From Rotaria socialis (lineage: Eukaryota): a DNA stretch of 64,000 nt. Location: assembly GCA_905331295.1 (NCBI GenBank), contig CAJNYD010000002.1:1-64000 (forward strand). The letters run 5' to 3'. The first letter of the stretch is position 1. Each line of letters starts with the position of its first letter. A program made the position numbers and the translations under genes. The notes below the pieces were generated by a model that made no database searches, was not told where the DNA came from, and was given only the letters and a program-made list of their open reading frames with translations. Shown in pieces: positions 26,401 through 39,772 of the stretch.

Positions 26401-29400
26401 ATACTCATTTTAATATTCTTTACCACCGGTTGCCTCTTGATCAATAGTTTTTTCACTTAAACGTGCTTTCATTAGTTCTGCTTGTAGATAGTGTTCGATG
26501 GAGATAAGAAAAAGGTTCTTAAATGTATGAGTAGTGTAATGGTCCCCATAGTTCATTAGATATGATGCCACTTGAACACCAGAAACTTCTTGATGCGAAG
26601 CAATCATATTATAGCATCTTAGAACAAGTTTGCGCGATTTTTCAATTGCATTCTCGTTTTCGCTGACCGGTTGTTGCTGCTCGATGGATTTAATACCTTT
26701 TTGTGCAAGTGCAAACATATCATAGAAAGCCAGACTTGATTTTGTGACGTAATCAGTTATATAATAGACTAGAGCTTTAGCATCGTTACCAGTCCAAATA
26801 AATTTAATATCCATATTGGATCGACAAGCACTTATGAGCCATTCATTGAAGTTATTAATCCACGGATGAGATCGACGCATAGTTATCTGACCTGTAAAGG
26901 CGTCAATGCTGGAATTTTTTACTAGGACACGTGGCATTCGCATTCGACAGCTTTTCAATCCATCTGGCTTCTCTTTTGAATATTTATAGCAAGTTGCAGA
27001 GTGTTTATGAATATTGGATGTTTCAACGATGCGTACGATATCCTTCCGAAAGATGCGTCGAAAATCAACATGGCTGGGATTGGGTGTTGGAAGACAGGCT
27101 GGAGCAACTTCTTTTTCTACTTGCTCAGTTGCGTCTAAATTGAAGACACATATCAAACCAAGAATATACTAAAAACAAGTAGCTCACGAATGGATCGCTC
27201 ATTGTCATGGTCTACATTTGTTTCATTGTCATCTTCTTCTTTAAAAAAAAAGCGAACATAAAAGAGTAAATAAAATCAAGTGATTAAGGTTATTAAGAAT
27301 CTATAGAGCTTGTCCGACTAACTCTGCTACCGGACAAGCTCTATAATTTAAAGTAAACGAATCATATATTCGTCAGAAAGTTTCTTGAAAACTCATCTTT
27401 AAACTGTTGGCTCGGAAAGACACTTCGTGGATATGAAATATCCTGCATTATAGAGATACGAATATTTTTAGATTGGAACGGAGCTTTGAATATTATTTCG
27501 AAATTGGTCTAAATCTTCTTTAATAATATCTTCTAAATATTGAACTAGTTTTTGACGAAAATCTTCGTTTTGAATTTGTTGCTTCAGCTGTGTGGGCGTG
27601 AATTCATGATTTAGCCAAATAAGAAGATGCAAGTGAAGTGAACCTCTGCCTTGATTCTCGACAGTACCAAAGTATGCTTTTGTAGGACCAAGTACACCAC
27701 CAAGAACTAAAGATTTCAAGATAGTTTTTATCAAACAATTAAAGAATTTTGCAGTAGCAACTGGATGAGTTGCAATTGTTTTGGCACGTTCATAACTTGT
27801 TCCCAAGGCTTCTGGTAGAATCTTATCAAGGTCTAAGTCGACGCCTGCGAAATAAAGTGCCACCGGGCTATGTATGTCAGCTGGATTGATCGTTACAAAA
27901 AGACTAGGGAGGCCAAGATAAAAGCATAAAGAATGAATTTTTGTACGAAGAGCCGATCGCGAATGAGATGAACCCATAACATGACCACCAACAATTTTTA
28001 TATGCTTCATGAGTGTATTTATTCTTTGATCGGCAACTTTTGAATACGTTCCTTTTGAAATATTCACAAGAGCTGTTGCTATGTCTGCAGAACTCAATGA
28101 TTCTAGGAGTTGCGCAGATTGCTGAAAATATGGTCTTGATGTCATTAAATGTGCATGAAAACATGCAGTACGGCGTTGTAGAATATTGAAAACGACAAAA
28201 ATGAATGAGTAGTGTTCTTCAAAACGGTGATCCCCGAATGAAAGAAGATATCGGACATGCTCGCGAAAGTCGATTTTGACTGGTCGAGAGCAATCTTCAA
28301 TTGCACCACAACCATATGGGAAAAGCGTAGGAAATATGCCCAATAATAGATTAGGGTTAGAGTACTCATTGGCCGGTCTGTTACCACGAGGAATCGTGTA
28401 TACTGTATCTTCTTGTGCGTTTCTCTCAGAGTCTGGTTCACGTGTTTTTTCTACAATTTGTACCTTCATTCTTTCTAGTAGATGCTCAGTCATGTCATCA
28501 GACGAGATATTGGTACCATTAACATCTAAAACGGCACTAAAACAGAAGCAATCCCATTCAAAGATATCAATATGCTTATTTTAAAATTTCACCTCGGAAT
28601 CAGTGGTACTGCTGTTGTGTCGCTCGAGTCAGATACATTTAGTAAAGGATCAGGAATATAACTTGCCCGTTCATTTTCACTAGCTTCAACATTCGTTGAG
28701 ATTTGCATTGTTGCCAACAAACATTCTGGTACATCATCATCAGGTAATTTATCAATTATTGATCGATTAATTACTATACTCCGATAGAGTGGGTTGTTTT
28801 GCTTAAGCCATTGGAGGGCACCCAATACTTTGTTTTTTCGAACAGTTAAGATATTTTTTAGTTGGTTTCTTTCTGGGGTGCGACACCCGACAAAAATGAT
28901 CTTTAGAGAATCACAGAGGTCGTCTAGAGCCAATGGTAAGGTAGTAGCAATATTAACAACATCTTGAGGAAAGCTTATGCAATTGCCTTTAATAGCTGAT
29001 TGAGCTGTGGCGGTTGAATGAAAAGATGAACGCAATTTTACAATGCAGCTATTGTGTCGATAAACAGCGATGAGTCTTTGCTCAGGAATAGTCAGTCCCT
29101 GTAGTTCTTTCGGCACATCTCCCATCCATACCTTGTTGGCAGCCGAAAACTTTGGTATTTTGTCCTTCGTCAAAGAAGACCAGCATGGCGTGCAAATGTC
29201 GCAGTGTATTAAAGAGCGTTTCCTTTTGTCGAAACTACGCTGTAGCCCTCATTCATAGAAAACTACCCCATCGATACATGTGAATGAAAAGGTTTTCATT
29301 GATGATACCTTGTCACTATCTGTAACGAAAATGTGTTACTTTGTATGCTATCTTTAAAAAAAGACAATATTAACCTGTGTCATCTCCAACCGACGATGAA

Positions 29401-31557
29401 TCAGGATCATTATTCACATTATACATTTCATTTGAATACAAATTCTTTATTCGCTGTGTATCAGGGATTACATTACAAAGATCTTCATGCGTCCTAAGTA
29501 ATTCAATCGATGGAATTTTATTTACTGGTACATGTCGCAGATCACGCTTGTAGCAACGAACATTACATATTCCACATACACCTTCGGCCAGAGAACTCAT
29601 AGACATCTGTTGAATGAATTTTTTCAAACAGTTAGTTTTGCATTCCATATCAATAGCCTTAGGCCATTCAACTTTGATATTTTTATATACTCCTGTTTTA
29701 CTCACTCTTTGTTTGTTTTTCAAAATTTTCGAAAGATGCCTACTCCTGCGAGCCGCTTCTCGTTGCTGTTCAGCTTCTTCTAATGTATAGGCAGCTCGCC
29801 TAGCAGCACTTCTCTTGCGTGCTAGTATTCGTTCTTCTTCAGCTACTCTCGGAGACACAGTCGCTCGTGAGACCAAAGTTCTCTCAGCAGCCAGTTTTCG
29901 GTATTGTTCGACTTCTTTCGGTGTAAGCGTAGCTCGTGTGGTAGCATTTCTCGCACGAGTAGTTTTTCGCTCTTGTTGGATTTCTTCTGATGTCATGATA
30001 GCTCTTCTAGCTGCACTTCGTTCGCGCGCAAGTGTCCGTTGTCTATCTGCTTCTTCTGGTGTCATGGCAGCTCTTCTAGCTGCACTTCGTTCGCGCGCAA
30101 GTGTCCGTTGTCTATCTGCTTCTTCTGATGTCATGGTAGCTCTTCTAGCTGCACTTCGTTCGCGCGCAAGTGTCCGCTGTCTATCTGCTTCTTCTTGTGT
30201 GAGAGCAGCTCGTGTGGTAGCATTTCTCTCACGAGTAATTGCTCGTTGTTGTTGGATTTCTTTTGATGCCATAGTAGCTCTTCTAGCTGCACTTCTTTGA
30301 CGAGCATGTATCCGTTGTTGTTCTACTGCTTCTTGTGTAGCTTCTGCACGCTTAGCCGCCATCCTTTGACGGGCTAGTATTTGTTGATTATCAACATTTG
30401 TTATTTCGGTGTTCGTAATATTTTCTGCTGAATATTGCCTACGTTTTGTTCGAGGGGTCAATGATGTTTCACTCGTTGCTGGAAAAACCGTTTCGGATGT
30501 TTGCAATAGCTGCTGTTCGTCGTCGGCCAGATTGAATCCTGGAATACGAACTGTAGTTACAATGTTATTTTTCGTTGTTGATTTAGTTGGTGTCTGAGAG
30601 GAAAAAAAAGACTTTTCTATACAACTTGCGCAGTAAAAGCTAGAACTTACAATATCCGAAGAAATTACTTCAGACTGCGATGGATTGTTTTGAAATTCAA
30701 CATTATCTGATGAAAACAATAATGGTACAAAGTGATTAGGTGTCCAATTGCCAGAATTGCGATTGCGTGCCTGTACTTCGTTTCGTGTGTGTGTCAAAAA
30801 TATAAAAATTGTATTGGACGATAGATTGGATTGAGCGTATTCAAAAGTACTATTCATGATATGAAGGTCTTCTCGATAGTCAATCCTTGGGTATATACTC
30901 CGTATGTTGCATTTGAGAACATTGCTCAATCCTACAATTTCATAAAGTTCCGAGAAAGAAAAATTACGTGCGATATTTTTCATAGCTTCACCGAGTGGTC
31001 CAATAATATGTGAATAACGATTGCTATAAAAAAATTCGTTCTTTACGAGTTCAATCAAAGTTCGCACTAGAAAATTTCAATAAAGAATTAAAATATTAGC
31101 CTCTTAAATAATCACCTCTGAGTTCACTAGTTGTTAGAAGTTTAGTTTCGTTCAAACATGTAACTGAGTTATAGAGACAATTACCATCAGCGATGACATT
31201 AGTTGGAACCATCTTTTGTACATCCAAAGCTGCTTTTTGAAGATATACTTTTGCTTCTTGATCTATTTTATGAACATTAGGATCGAAATGAGTGATATTT
31301 GTGAATTGCATTGGTGCCAAAAGCCACTCCAGCTAAATTGTCTAGATAGAACTTGAATTAGAATATATTATTATGAAATTTACAGTTTCAATCTCTTGAG
31401 AAATAATCTTGATTTGATCATAGTAATCGATAGCGGTGGATACTTCGCCAAATAATTTTAGAAGAGTCTCGAACATTGTAGCTCGATCTATTTTCCGACA
31501 GGATAAACAGCAGGCTACTGTGGCCATTTTGCCGCAAAATAAGCACTGTTTGTTCAT
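23458..31557 (-). CDS. Helentron/Helitron2 RepHel protein: OTU-like domain, 21-aa repeats, HUH/Y2 Rep, PIF1 helicase (multi-exon)
   Basis: OTU: VIADGNCLYNS...NHFVPL. Rep: FVTINPAD, GTVENQGRGSLHLHLLIW, YITDYVTK. PIF1/SF1: GCGGTGKS, IIDEMSM, FGDYLQYSPV, QQMR, YSMTTHKSQGQT, YVPLSRV. ORFs are separated by short GT-AG introns. Confidence 0.92.
29930..30310 (-). repeat. 63-bp coding tandem repeat in RepHel
   Basis: EADRQRTLARERSAARRA(T/A)MT(S/P)E in three near-perfect copies plus degenerate flanking copies. Confidence 0.9.
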
Positions 31558-31907
31558 TTCAGCTTTATAAAGTTCAGAAATAGCAGATGATAATGTTTTT
31601 CGATTTGTAGAAATTGCAGATTATCGATCGCGAAAGAAATATATTAAACGGGTGAAAATAATCTAGAAATAAATTATTTATAACAGATTACAAACTGCAT
31701 AGTTTTTACAGATATAATATAAAATCAACTAGACAGTTCAGGCAATCTGAAATAACTCTGAGTATTTATTTCTCGTATAAATTGCAAATACAATACTAAA
31801 GTGAAAATATTGAACAAATTCAAAGACGCAGATAAATAAAATCGTAAACAGAGTTCCCTGGAATCTATGACTGTGTGGTGTTTTGCCATTAGTTCAACCG
31901 ATCATAA

Positions 31908-32910
31908 TTAACTGTACTGTTTGATGATTACTCCTCTCAAACTCCACCATAGATGTATTTGCCCATCGTACAGATAACAGTCATCACCATCATTGCATAC
32001 AAGTTTAAGATTAAGAGCACATAATGGTGCTTGAATGTTTTCACAGTGATAAGATTCTCCAACTTGCTGCAAAGAAACGTTGATAAATATTCGAGTGAGA
32101 AGCGGTGCTGATTCAAATAGACTGATCCATTTTTGATCAACAACATACCCATCTTTTTCTACTAGACCGGTCAGTTTAAGTTTTACGAGGCAAGGTATGG
32201 TTGCTACTAACTGAATGATCCAATCAAATGATACTTCGAGTAATCCAATAGTAATATTGCGAAGATTGTAAAAAATGAAAGAAGGAATTGATTTATGATT
32301 ACAATCAATTAAACTAATATTAAGTAAACGAGTACGAAAGAATTTAGATAGCATGCATAATAAATTATTCCAATCCATTATAGAACTCGAATTCAGGACA
32401 AATTGTTCGATTTCAAGTGGAACTGAAGCAAATGTGCAGTCTCTGCTGCTCTCTGTTAGATCATCAGTATGAATTTCTAGTCGACGCAATGAGGGGATGG
32501 AAACAATAGATGTTAAAAGTTTTGGAAGAGATCTAATTATAGGTGTAATAATAGTGAGTTGAATTAACTTTGAATTTATCGGAGCAGCTGTTTTGACAAC
32601 ATATGTGATCCATTCGTTTTCGCCGATGAGCTTTAGTGACCGAAGTTCTGAAAAATGTTCGATAATTTTTAATTCAACATTTTCGTGGAGTGTAAGTGAG
32701 ATGATGCGGTAAAGAGGAATTCGTTCAGGAAGATATGTAACAGCAACACCGAGTGTAAGTCCACGTAAAAAATATCCATTATTATCATTGAAAAGTACTT
32801 GATCAGCTGCCATTGTAATAGATCCAAGTGTCATAAATAAGTCTATCACTTCGAAATACTCAAATATTTGTTCCCATATATCACAACATAAATCGTGAAT
32901 GGTGCTAAAC
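31908..32910 (-). CDS. F-box plus LRR-like protein
   Basis: The frame extends upstream to FSTIHDLCCDIWEQIFEYFEVIDLF (F-box-like), followed by repeated LxxLxL motifs (LRSLKLI, LRRLEI, LRNITI, LVKLKL). Confidence 0.65.
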
Positions 32911-33442
32911 TTTTCTATGAGTGAAAATAAAAATTTACTATAATTATATCAAGAAAATGCTTACGTGTGAATCTACTGTTCACTTTAGTTTTGTCATAAC
33001 TTCGATAATCTATTTCAGTTTGAAAAGTTTTCGACTGATAATGATCCATATCATAAAATATTAAAAATAGACAGGAGGCTGCATATCGAAACTGTAAATC
33101 AACAGAATTATCTGAAAACAAGAAAGCTTATTAATGCACAGAAAATTAGGAATCAGGTAATCGTGATTGTCCTAGTAATGTCAAATAGTTAATGTGGATA
33201 CCTAGATATGTTTCCAAATATGAATGATCGACTTGATTAAGTTATAGGAAGATTTCCAAGACTCTAAAAAATTATTGTGATAAATGGATTTATTTCAAGT
33301 AGTGTAATTATGTATTTGGATTAATTTATGTAGCGTTACAACAAAATCTGTTGTTTTTTAAAGTAGAGCCATTCACAATAGAAACATTTTTCTTTAAATT
33401 AATTTATAAACACAAGATACACTAAAAATGATTACAAGAAGT

Positions 33443-33649
33443 CTATTTAAATACGAGAAAACATGAGACTACAGCGCATGCTAAGCAGACCAAATTGTGT
33501 GGATGGTGATTGAAAAAACACTCGCTATGTTCAAGATGACCACAAGCATAGTGAACTGTGGGCTCATCAGCCTCATAGTCTGCATTAAGATCACAAACAG
33601 TACAGATAGGTATAGATAACTTTGCCATTTGAAATGTTTGAGTAAACAT
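33443..33649 (-). CDS. Small RING-H2 finger protein
   Basis: C-x2-C-x16-C-x-H-x2-H-x2-C-x10-C-x2-C spacing (CTVC...CGHLEHSEC...CLAC). Confidence 0.7.
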   Translation of the reverse strand: MFTQTFQMAKLSIPICTVCDLNADYEADEPTVHYACGHLEHSECFFNHHPHNLVCLACAVVSCFLVFK

Positions 33650-33961
33650 TTTGTGACGTATTATGGTAGCTAAATTCCTTGCAAACATTCAGTTGACGTT
33701 TGAAGCGACGAGTGTGTCAATGAAAAATCCAACATCACTATATCAATCTATCAATCTGAAATTAATAAAATTAATGATAGAGGCAAATTGCATTATAGAC
33801 GTAAATTGCAAAACGTAAAAAGGGCTGCGTGAAATCCCAACTAGCATTAAATTAAATGATTATTTAAGAACCTAAGCAACTACAGTGTTGCAAGAGCGCA
33901 TCAAACGAGTCAAATTTTATTATTGTCATTGCTTTGTGTGTTGTTCTTCAGTATTGATAAT

Positions 33962-34405
33962 TTATTTTTCTTGTTGTTTTTCAAACATCAAAGCCATTTG
34001 AAGTAACTCTTCATCGGTTATCTCCAATGTAACATTAGTATTCATGTTCGTCGGAGCAATTATCGTTGCGACGCCAACAGATTTAATCTGGGTTAGATAT
34101 GTTGCAGAATACTGACTTTGCTCGTTTGAAAGTTGATGATGACACAATAATCTATTTGCTTCAGTCTCAATACCATCCGAAATAGTTCTTTTTATCGTGC
34201 AGGTTGAAGATTCAGGTGTTGCCTAATAAAATACTAATATAGGTCGTATGTTACAGTATAGGCGTTTACCTTATTTGTAGTAGACAAAGAATTTGACTCT
34301 TCAGAGATGTTGGTGTTCATTGTTGTCTCTAAGAAACAAGATGAAATAGAAAACTTGATGAATCAGAAAAAATATCTCACAACACTCACTTAATAACTGC
34401 GACAT
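33962..34405 (-). CDS. Three-exon disordered protein with C-terminal UIM-like helix (paralog A)
   Basis: MSQLL|KTTMNTNIS...NK|ATPE...EITDEELLQMALMFEKQQEK*. Canonical GT-AG introns. Confidence 0.65.
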
Positions 34406-34803
34406 TTTCTTCGGGAAAACGCTTCAATAGAACTGATTCAGTGAATAGATAAAATCTAAAAACTAATATATTGTGTTACATCATTATGAGTGCAACCAAG
34501 TTGTGTGGGTATGGGATATAATTGTGGTGTAATCGTAGACGCTAAAGTTTGTCTTGAGCTTGCCTACGTCACACCAATATTACAGTCCCCTGAAATTTAT
34601 ATTCATAGCCACTGATCTGCACAAGGATCACGAAAAAATACACAAATAAAACACAAAAACGTTGTATCGATGAGGATATTCAATACTAGCAAATAGATTC
34701 TACATGGGAAACTACGGTTATTTGAAAAGCTAAACACTACTCTATTGCACACAGAGCACTGCAAAAAAAGATTTTTCGTTGATCGATTATGATGAATTTT
34801 CCA

Positions 34804-35276
34804 TCAAACCACATTCGAGGCGTATTCAGGATGATCCATCTCGAACTTGATAGTCATTTCCAAAAGCTCTTCATCTGAAATTTCCGGCATTCTTGAAACA
34901 CTACTACGACTTGTAGCAGCTACAACAGCTGCGCTAACAAACTTTGGCGGATCAAAACGTATTGGAGCGATCTTTGGCACGCATTCTTCAGATGATTGAC
35001 GATCAACCATAATGGTTTTTATTTGATCTTCCATTTGATTATTGGAAGCAGCTGTTTTTTTTGTCTGCTCTGACGTAATTGACACTTCCTATTTTCCTGT
35101 AGTAGTTATATCATAATATGATATTATCAATTCTTACCTTATGATTAGGTGCCATCATTGATGATGTTGAAGAGATTTTTGTGTTCATTGGTGACTCTAT
35201 CGTTTAAAAGATAACGGGATAGTATATTTTTGAAAAAATTCTGTCCTTCACAAGACTTACTCGATGAATTAGACAT
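34804..35276 (-). CDS. Three-exon disordered protein with C-terminal UIM-like helix (paralog B)
   Basis: MSNSS|KSPMNTKIS...HK|EVSITS...EISDEELLEMTIKFEMDHP. Same exon layout and phases as paralog A. Confidence 0.65.
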
Positions 35277-35587
35277 TTCGATTGAATAACGCTACGTGTA
35301 TACAAATGTGTATATTTTAGTGAAATCTACAATAGAGAAATTTCGTCATTTAATATCTCGAAGTTTACGCAAAGCTTCGATTGGGAAAAGTAAACAAATT
35401 TTTATTGTATAACTATAAATGTGATTATTTACATGCATTCAATAAGTGAAATCTATATTTAAAAATCAAAACAGTTAGTTTCAGCGATTCTACTGAAATT
35501 AATTTAGTAGGAAATATGCACATAAATGATTTCAATATGAAAATTGTCTGTGCATGCCTCCATAGCTTCGTAGACGTTTGCTAATTC

Positions 35588-37847
35588 TCATTTATATTGT
35601 AATAATTCAGGGCGAACCATATGAATAAATTTTTCCTGCAGTCGAAAAGTATCAACACTTCGCGCTGGTATTCGATGATATTCTTTTGTAGCAATTTGAA
35701 TTTCACCGTCATCATCGATATACTGTTGTTGCTCAACATAATATATTGGAATCTCTTCCTGTGCCATTAATACATTGAAATCTCCATCAAAGCCAATAGG
35801 TTCCAAAAGATGGAATCCCTTCTTACAATATTTTTCTATTCGTGTACAGATATGTCGTGCGACTTCAGCATGCAAACTATAGACAATAAATGATTTTGTT
35901 GCAAGAGCTTCCAAGAATGGAAAAGTTGATATGATTTTATCTCCTGAAAATTTCAGATATCAAGATTGACGAAAAAATTATGAAAAAAAAATAGAAAGTT
36001 ACCGATAAATGCTACTTGACAAATATCCAAGTCAAAATTGTAAAGGATGTGTGAAAGTGAATTTTTCGAGTCCCCAATAAATGCACATATGAAATGAAGC
36101 TGAACACCACAGGACAGAGAGACATTATAGGTGGATACTCCAGGCATTTTTTCTACTTCTATTTCATTTTTTAATGCTTTCGATGTCATTTTTCTCAAAT
36201 TATTGACTACAATCTCAACGGCTTTTTCAAAATTCATTATATCCTCTGCATAGTAAAACAGATTGACATTTTTTTCTCTCTTATCGAGAAAAAGTGATTG
36301 GCATAGTGCATTGAGAACACACCCTCCAGCAATGGCAAACTTTGAAAAATCAATTGCTTCTAGCCATTCAGCTGATGAAAAATGAGTGGCAAGGTTCCAT
36401 CGGAATTCGTCAATAGTATCTATAAACTTCAAATTCGTACGATGATTTCGATTTCGTTCCGTATGAAAATACGAGCTAACTAAAATTAATCAAGCGTATC
36501 TATTTTCCGATAAGGCATATTTCTATTCAAAATATTTTACCTTTAAACAAGTTTTCCTCATGGTTATTTAACAAGCGTTCAGAGCCGATTGTATGTCTAT
36601 ATAATTCGTAATTGACTAATGGAAAATCTGCATCATACCAAGAATTATTAAATGGCAAAAGTCGAGAATAACATTTGAAAAGAGAAGTTTTATATAAAGG
36701 GCACAACTTCGAAAATCCTGCAGTGCTAAAGCATGGATGAATAAATATACGTTGCAATGGCTCGATGAAATAAGTATATCGCTCTGAAACTAGAAAGCCC
36801 TGTTCATCATCAATGTAATATTTGTCGGTGTAGCGTTCAAATAATGTACGTGGTAAAACAATTCTCTTGTAACTAGGGGTGGGCCATTAACATTAATTTT
36901 ATATTAATGTTAATGTTTCTCATTAACCATTAATATTAATGCTTAATGTTTTCTAAGAAAAACTTAATTCATTAATATTAATGATTAATGAAAAACATTA
37001 ACATTAATTTTAAAATTAATGTTTTCATTAATCATTAATATTAATGTCAATGTTCTTAAATGATATTAACGGTTAACGGAAACATTCACCATTAGTATGA
37101 ATAGCAATGTTTTCGTTAATATTATGGATTATACTTTCATTAATCATTAATATTAATGTTAATGTTTTCATTAAAATCAATGACTTAATATTAATGGTTA
37201 ATGTTTTCAGGAAAGCATTATAACTTTCCATATTAAGTAATTAACACTTTCGGAGAAAACATTATCTATTAGGATCAGTTAATTGATTAATAATTGTAGA
37301 TAATGTTTCCTTACAAAAGCCTAATTCAGTAATATGGAAAAATTAATGTTTTCATGAAAACATTAACATTAATATTAATGATTAATGAAAATATAATCCC
37401 TAATATTAACGAAAACATTACTATTCATACTAATGGTGAATGTTTCCTTTAACCGTTAATATCATTCAAGAACATTGACATTAATATTAATGATTAATGA
37501 AAACATTAATTTTAAAATTAATGTTAATGTTTTTCATTAATCATTAATATTAATGAATTAAGTTTGTCTTAGAAAACATTAACCATTAATATTAATGGCT
37601 AATGGAAGTCATTAATTAATGTCATTAATTAAGTTCCGTTAAAAAAAATGGTCCACCCCTACTTGTAACCAAGAAATATTTTAGTTAACTCAATGAAATA
37701 ATGATCTGCTGTTGGTGCAATTGACCAGAATTGATTGCTTGTATTGACTGCCTCAAGAAAATTGATCACGTCCATTCCATGCAGAAAACTTAACAGATGA
37801 CATCCAACAACATGATTGAGCTCGACGTTTGTATTTTTGGTCGTCAT
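35588..37847 (-). pseudogene. Pol-beta-superfamily nucleotidyltransferase-like gene, disrupted by a hAT MITE
   Basis: FAIAGGCVLNAL...NVNLF...HILYNFDLDICQVAF...RIEKYCKKGF. Removing the MITE plus one TSD restores the frame (IFLGYK-RIVLPRTLFERY...PLQRIF). Confidence 0.65.
36874..37661. mobile_element. hAT-type MITE, extensively palindromic
   Basis: TIRs TAGGGGTGGGCCATT / ATGGTCCACCCCTA, exact 8-bp TSD CTTGTAAC (36866-36873 and 37662-37669), many CATTAAT motifs. Confidence 0.92.
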
Positions 37848-38927
37848 GGACAAATATTTGATGAATATTAATATTCAAACAATAGATATATCTGAAAATT
37901 TTTTAAACGAAACGATTATTAACAAATCGATCAGTATAAAAATGCATCTGTTCTATCGAATATTGATGTAAATTGTTTATGTTCTCTGTTGCTTTCACAC
38001 ACTTGGTTATTTATTTTTATTTTCTGTCGCACTTCTGAGCTTCGTATTCTTATGTATTTGACTCGTTTTGTCTTTCCTGTTCTCACTATTTTATCAATTT
38101 ATTTTCTTTTTCATGAAAAAACAGCACTGGATCTAAGACATAGAAAAAGTTGTGAGAAAAAAGAATTCAATATTTTGTTTACAACAAGTTATATTTTATG
38201 AAAAAAAATTCTTAGAACTATATATTTATATACATATAATGATATAATTTGTACCTCTAATGTTAGGTTTATACCAAAATAAGTGTGCGATGGTGATTAT
38301 CAACAGAAGCATTCATCCTTCTCATACACTTATGTCCGGAAGCATCCACTGACAATTCATAATTATTCATCTTTTTTTTCTCTTCCTTGTAAGGTTTTAT
38401 AGTGCTCATATTTGTTTTTTTTATCTGATACAGGAATGTGTCACGATTCATTCAATAGTTGGATAAAAAAAAGAAATTTATGATTAATAAATATTTTGAA
38501 TCAAACCAAAAGAAAAAAAGCATATTTCTCGTTTTTGAATTTCATTGGATGAATAATTCTTTCTTTTCATATTGTTTTTTTCAATATGCAATGATTTTGT
38601 TTATCGGAATGAAGCTATTGTAGACTCATTCATAAAAAGATGCTACCAGTATCTTTAAGTAAAATAAAACCAATGTACTCTGTTGTTATAAATTTCTAAC
38701 TGAATCATGTTGTTTTTATCAGAACAAGTAGATTTCCCGATACTTATTTGTAACTTGTCATGTCAGTTGGTTTGCCAATCTAGTTTTATATTTATTATGA
38801 TGCGAGTATTTTATTTTTCTACAATAAGACAGATTTGCATGCAACCTACAATAATTGAACACGATCTAAATTCTACTACATAGTGGTATTCTAATTAATA
38901 TTGTTTTAAATTTCTAAAGCTTCATGA

Positions 38928-39772
38928 TTAATTCTCTTTTTCTTCCTTGATTACATCTTTTAAGTATTTAATAACATCATTTAAATCATTGAAACGTTCA
39001 CGATGATTGAAGTTATTTCCATATGAATTTTGAGCTGCCCCTTCTGGTACACTATATGATTTAAACCAATTGTTAATAAATTGTAATGGTGTTAAATCGA
39101 ATCTATTGATCCCGTGATTATTGTATCCATATGGTGGTGGCAACACTGGTAGTGATGTTTGCGAGTCGATTCTATTGGTCTCGTGGTTATTGTATCCATA
39201 TGGTGGTGGCAACACTGGCAGTGATGTTTGCGAATCGATTCTGTTGGGTCCATAATTAACACTATGGTGTTGGTGATTGAGGAGAATCCATTTCATTAAT
39301 GTCGACATCATATTGATTTATTTCCTGATCAAGTTTGCTTTCATGATCAAGATCATCTTGATTTGTTGAATTAGAGCTGGATGTTGAGCTGGTTTCTTCC
39401 TTTTCGGTTTCCGCTTGATTGATTTGTGCTTGACCACAATGCGCACACATGGGAAATCGATTGTGCTCCCAACTAATGTCCGCTACCGGCACTGGTGGAA
39501 TCATTTGCGGTATTATTTGTATAATAATCTGAGGAACTGGCAAAGCAATGGATGCCGTTGTTGGGATCTATAAAAAGAAGTTATGCTTTAATAAAAAAAA
39601 CTGTAATTTCGATACCTGACTCATATGAATTGTATTGTGAGACATTTTTATCGTTGTCGTTTCGTAGTTTTTATCTAAAATTATAGATGGGAAATCGGTC
39701 CTGAAGAAGTTTATGAGGCACATCCACAAATATGGTAAAATTAGTCAGAAAATTTACATGCGCTTGGCATTT
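38928..39772 (-). pseudogene. Pro-rich gene with a duplicated PPPY motif, apparently frameshifted
   Basis: Two overlapping ORFs in different frames (39262-39543 and 38928-39311), a 69-bp duplication encoding NRIDSQTSLPVLPPPYGYNNH, and small upstream exon-like segments. Confidence 0.4.

Noticed and set aside
29815..30300. 161-aa plus-strand repeat ORF
   Set aside because: Antisense of the RepHel coding repeat.
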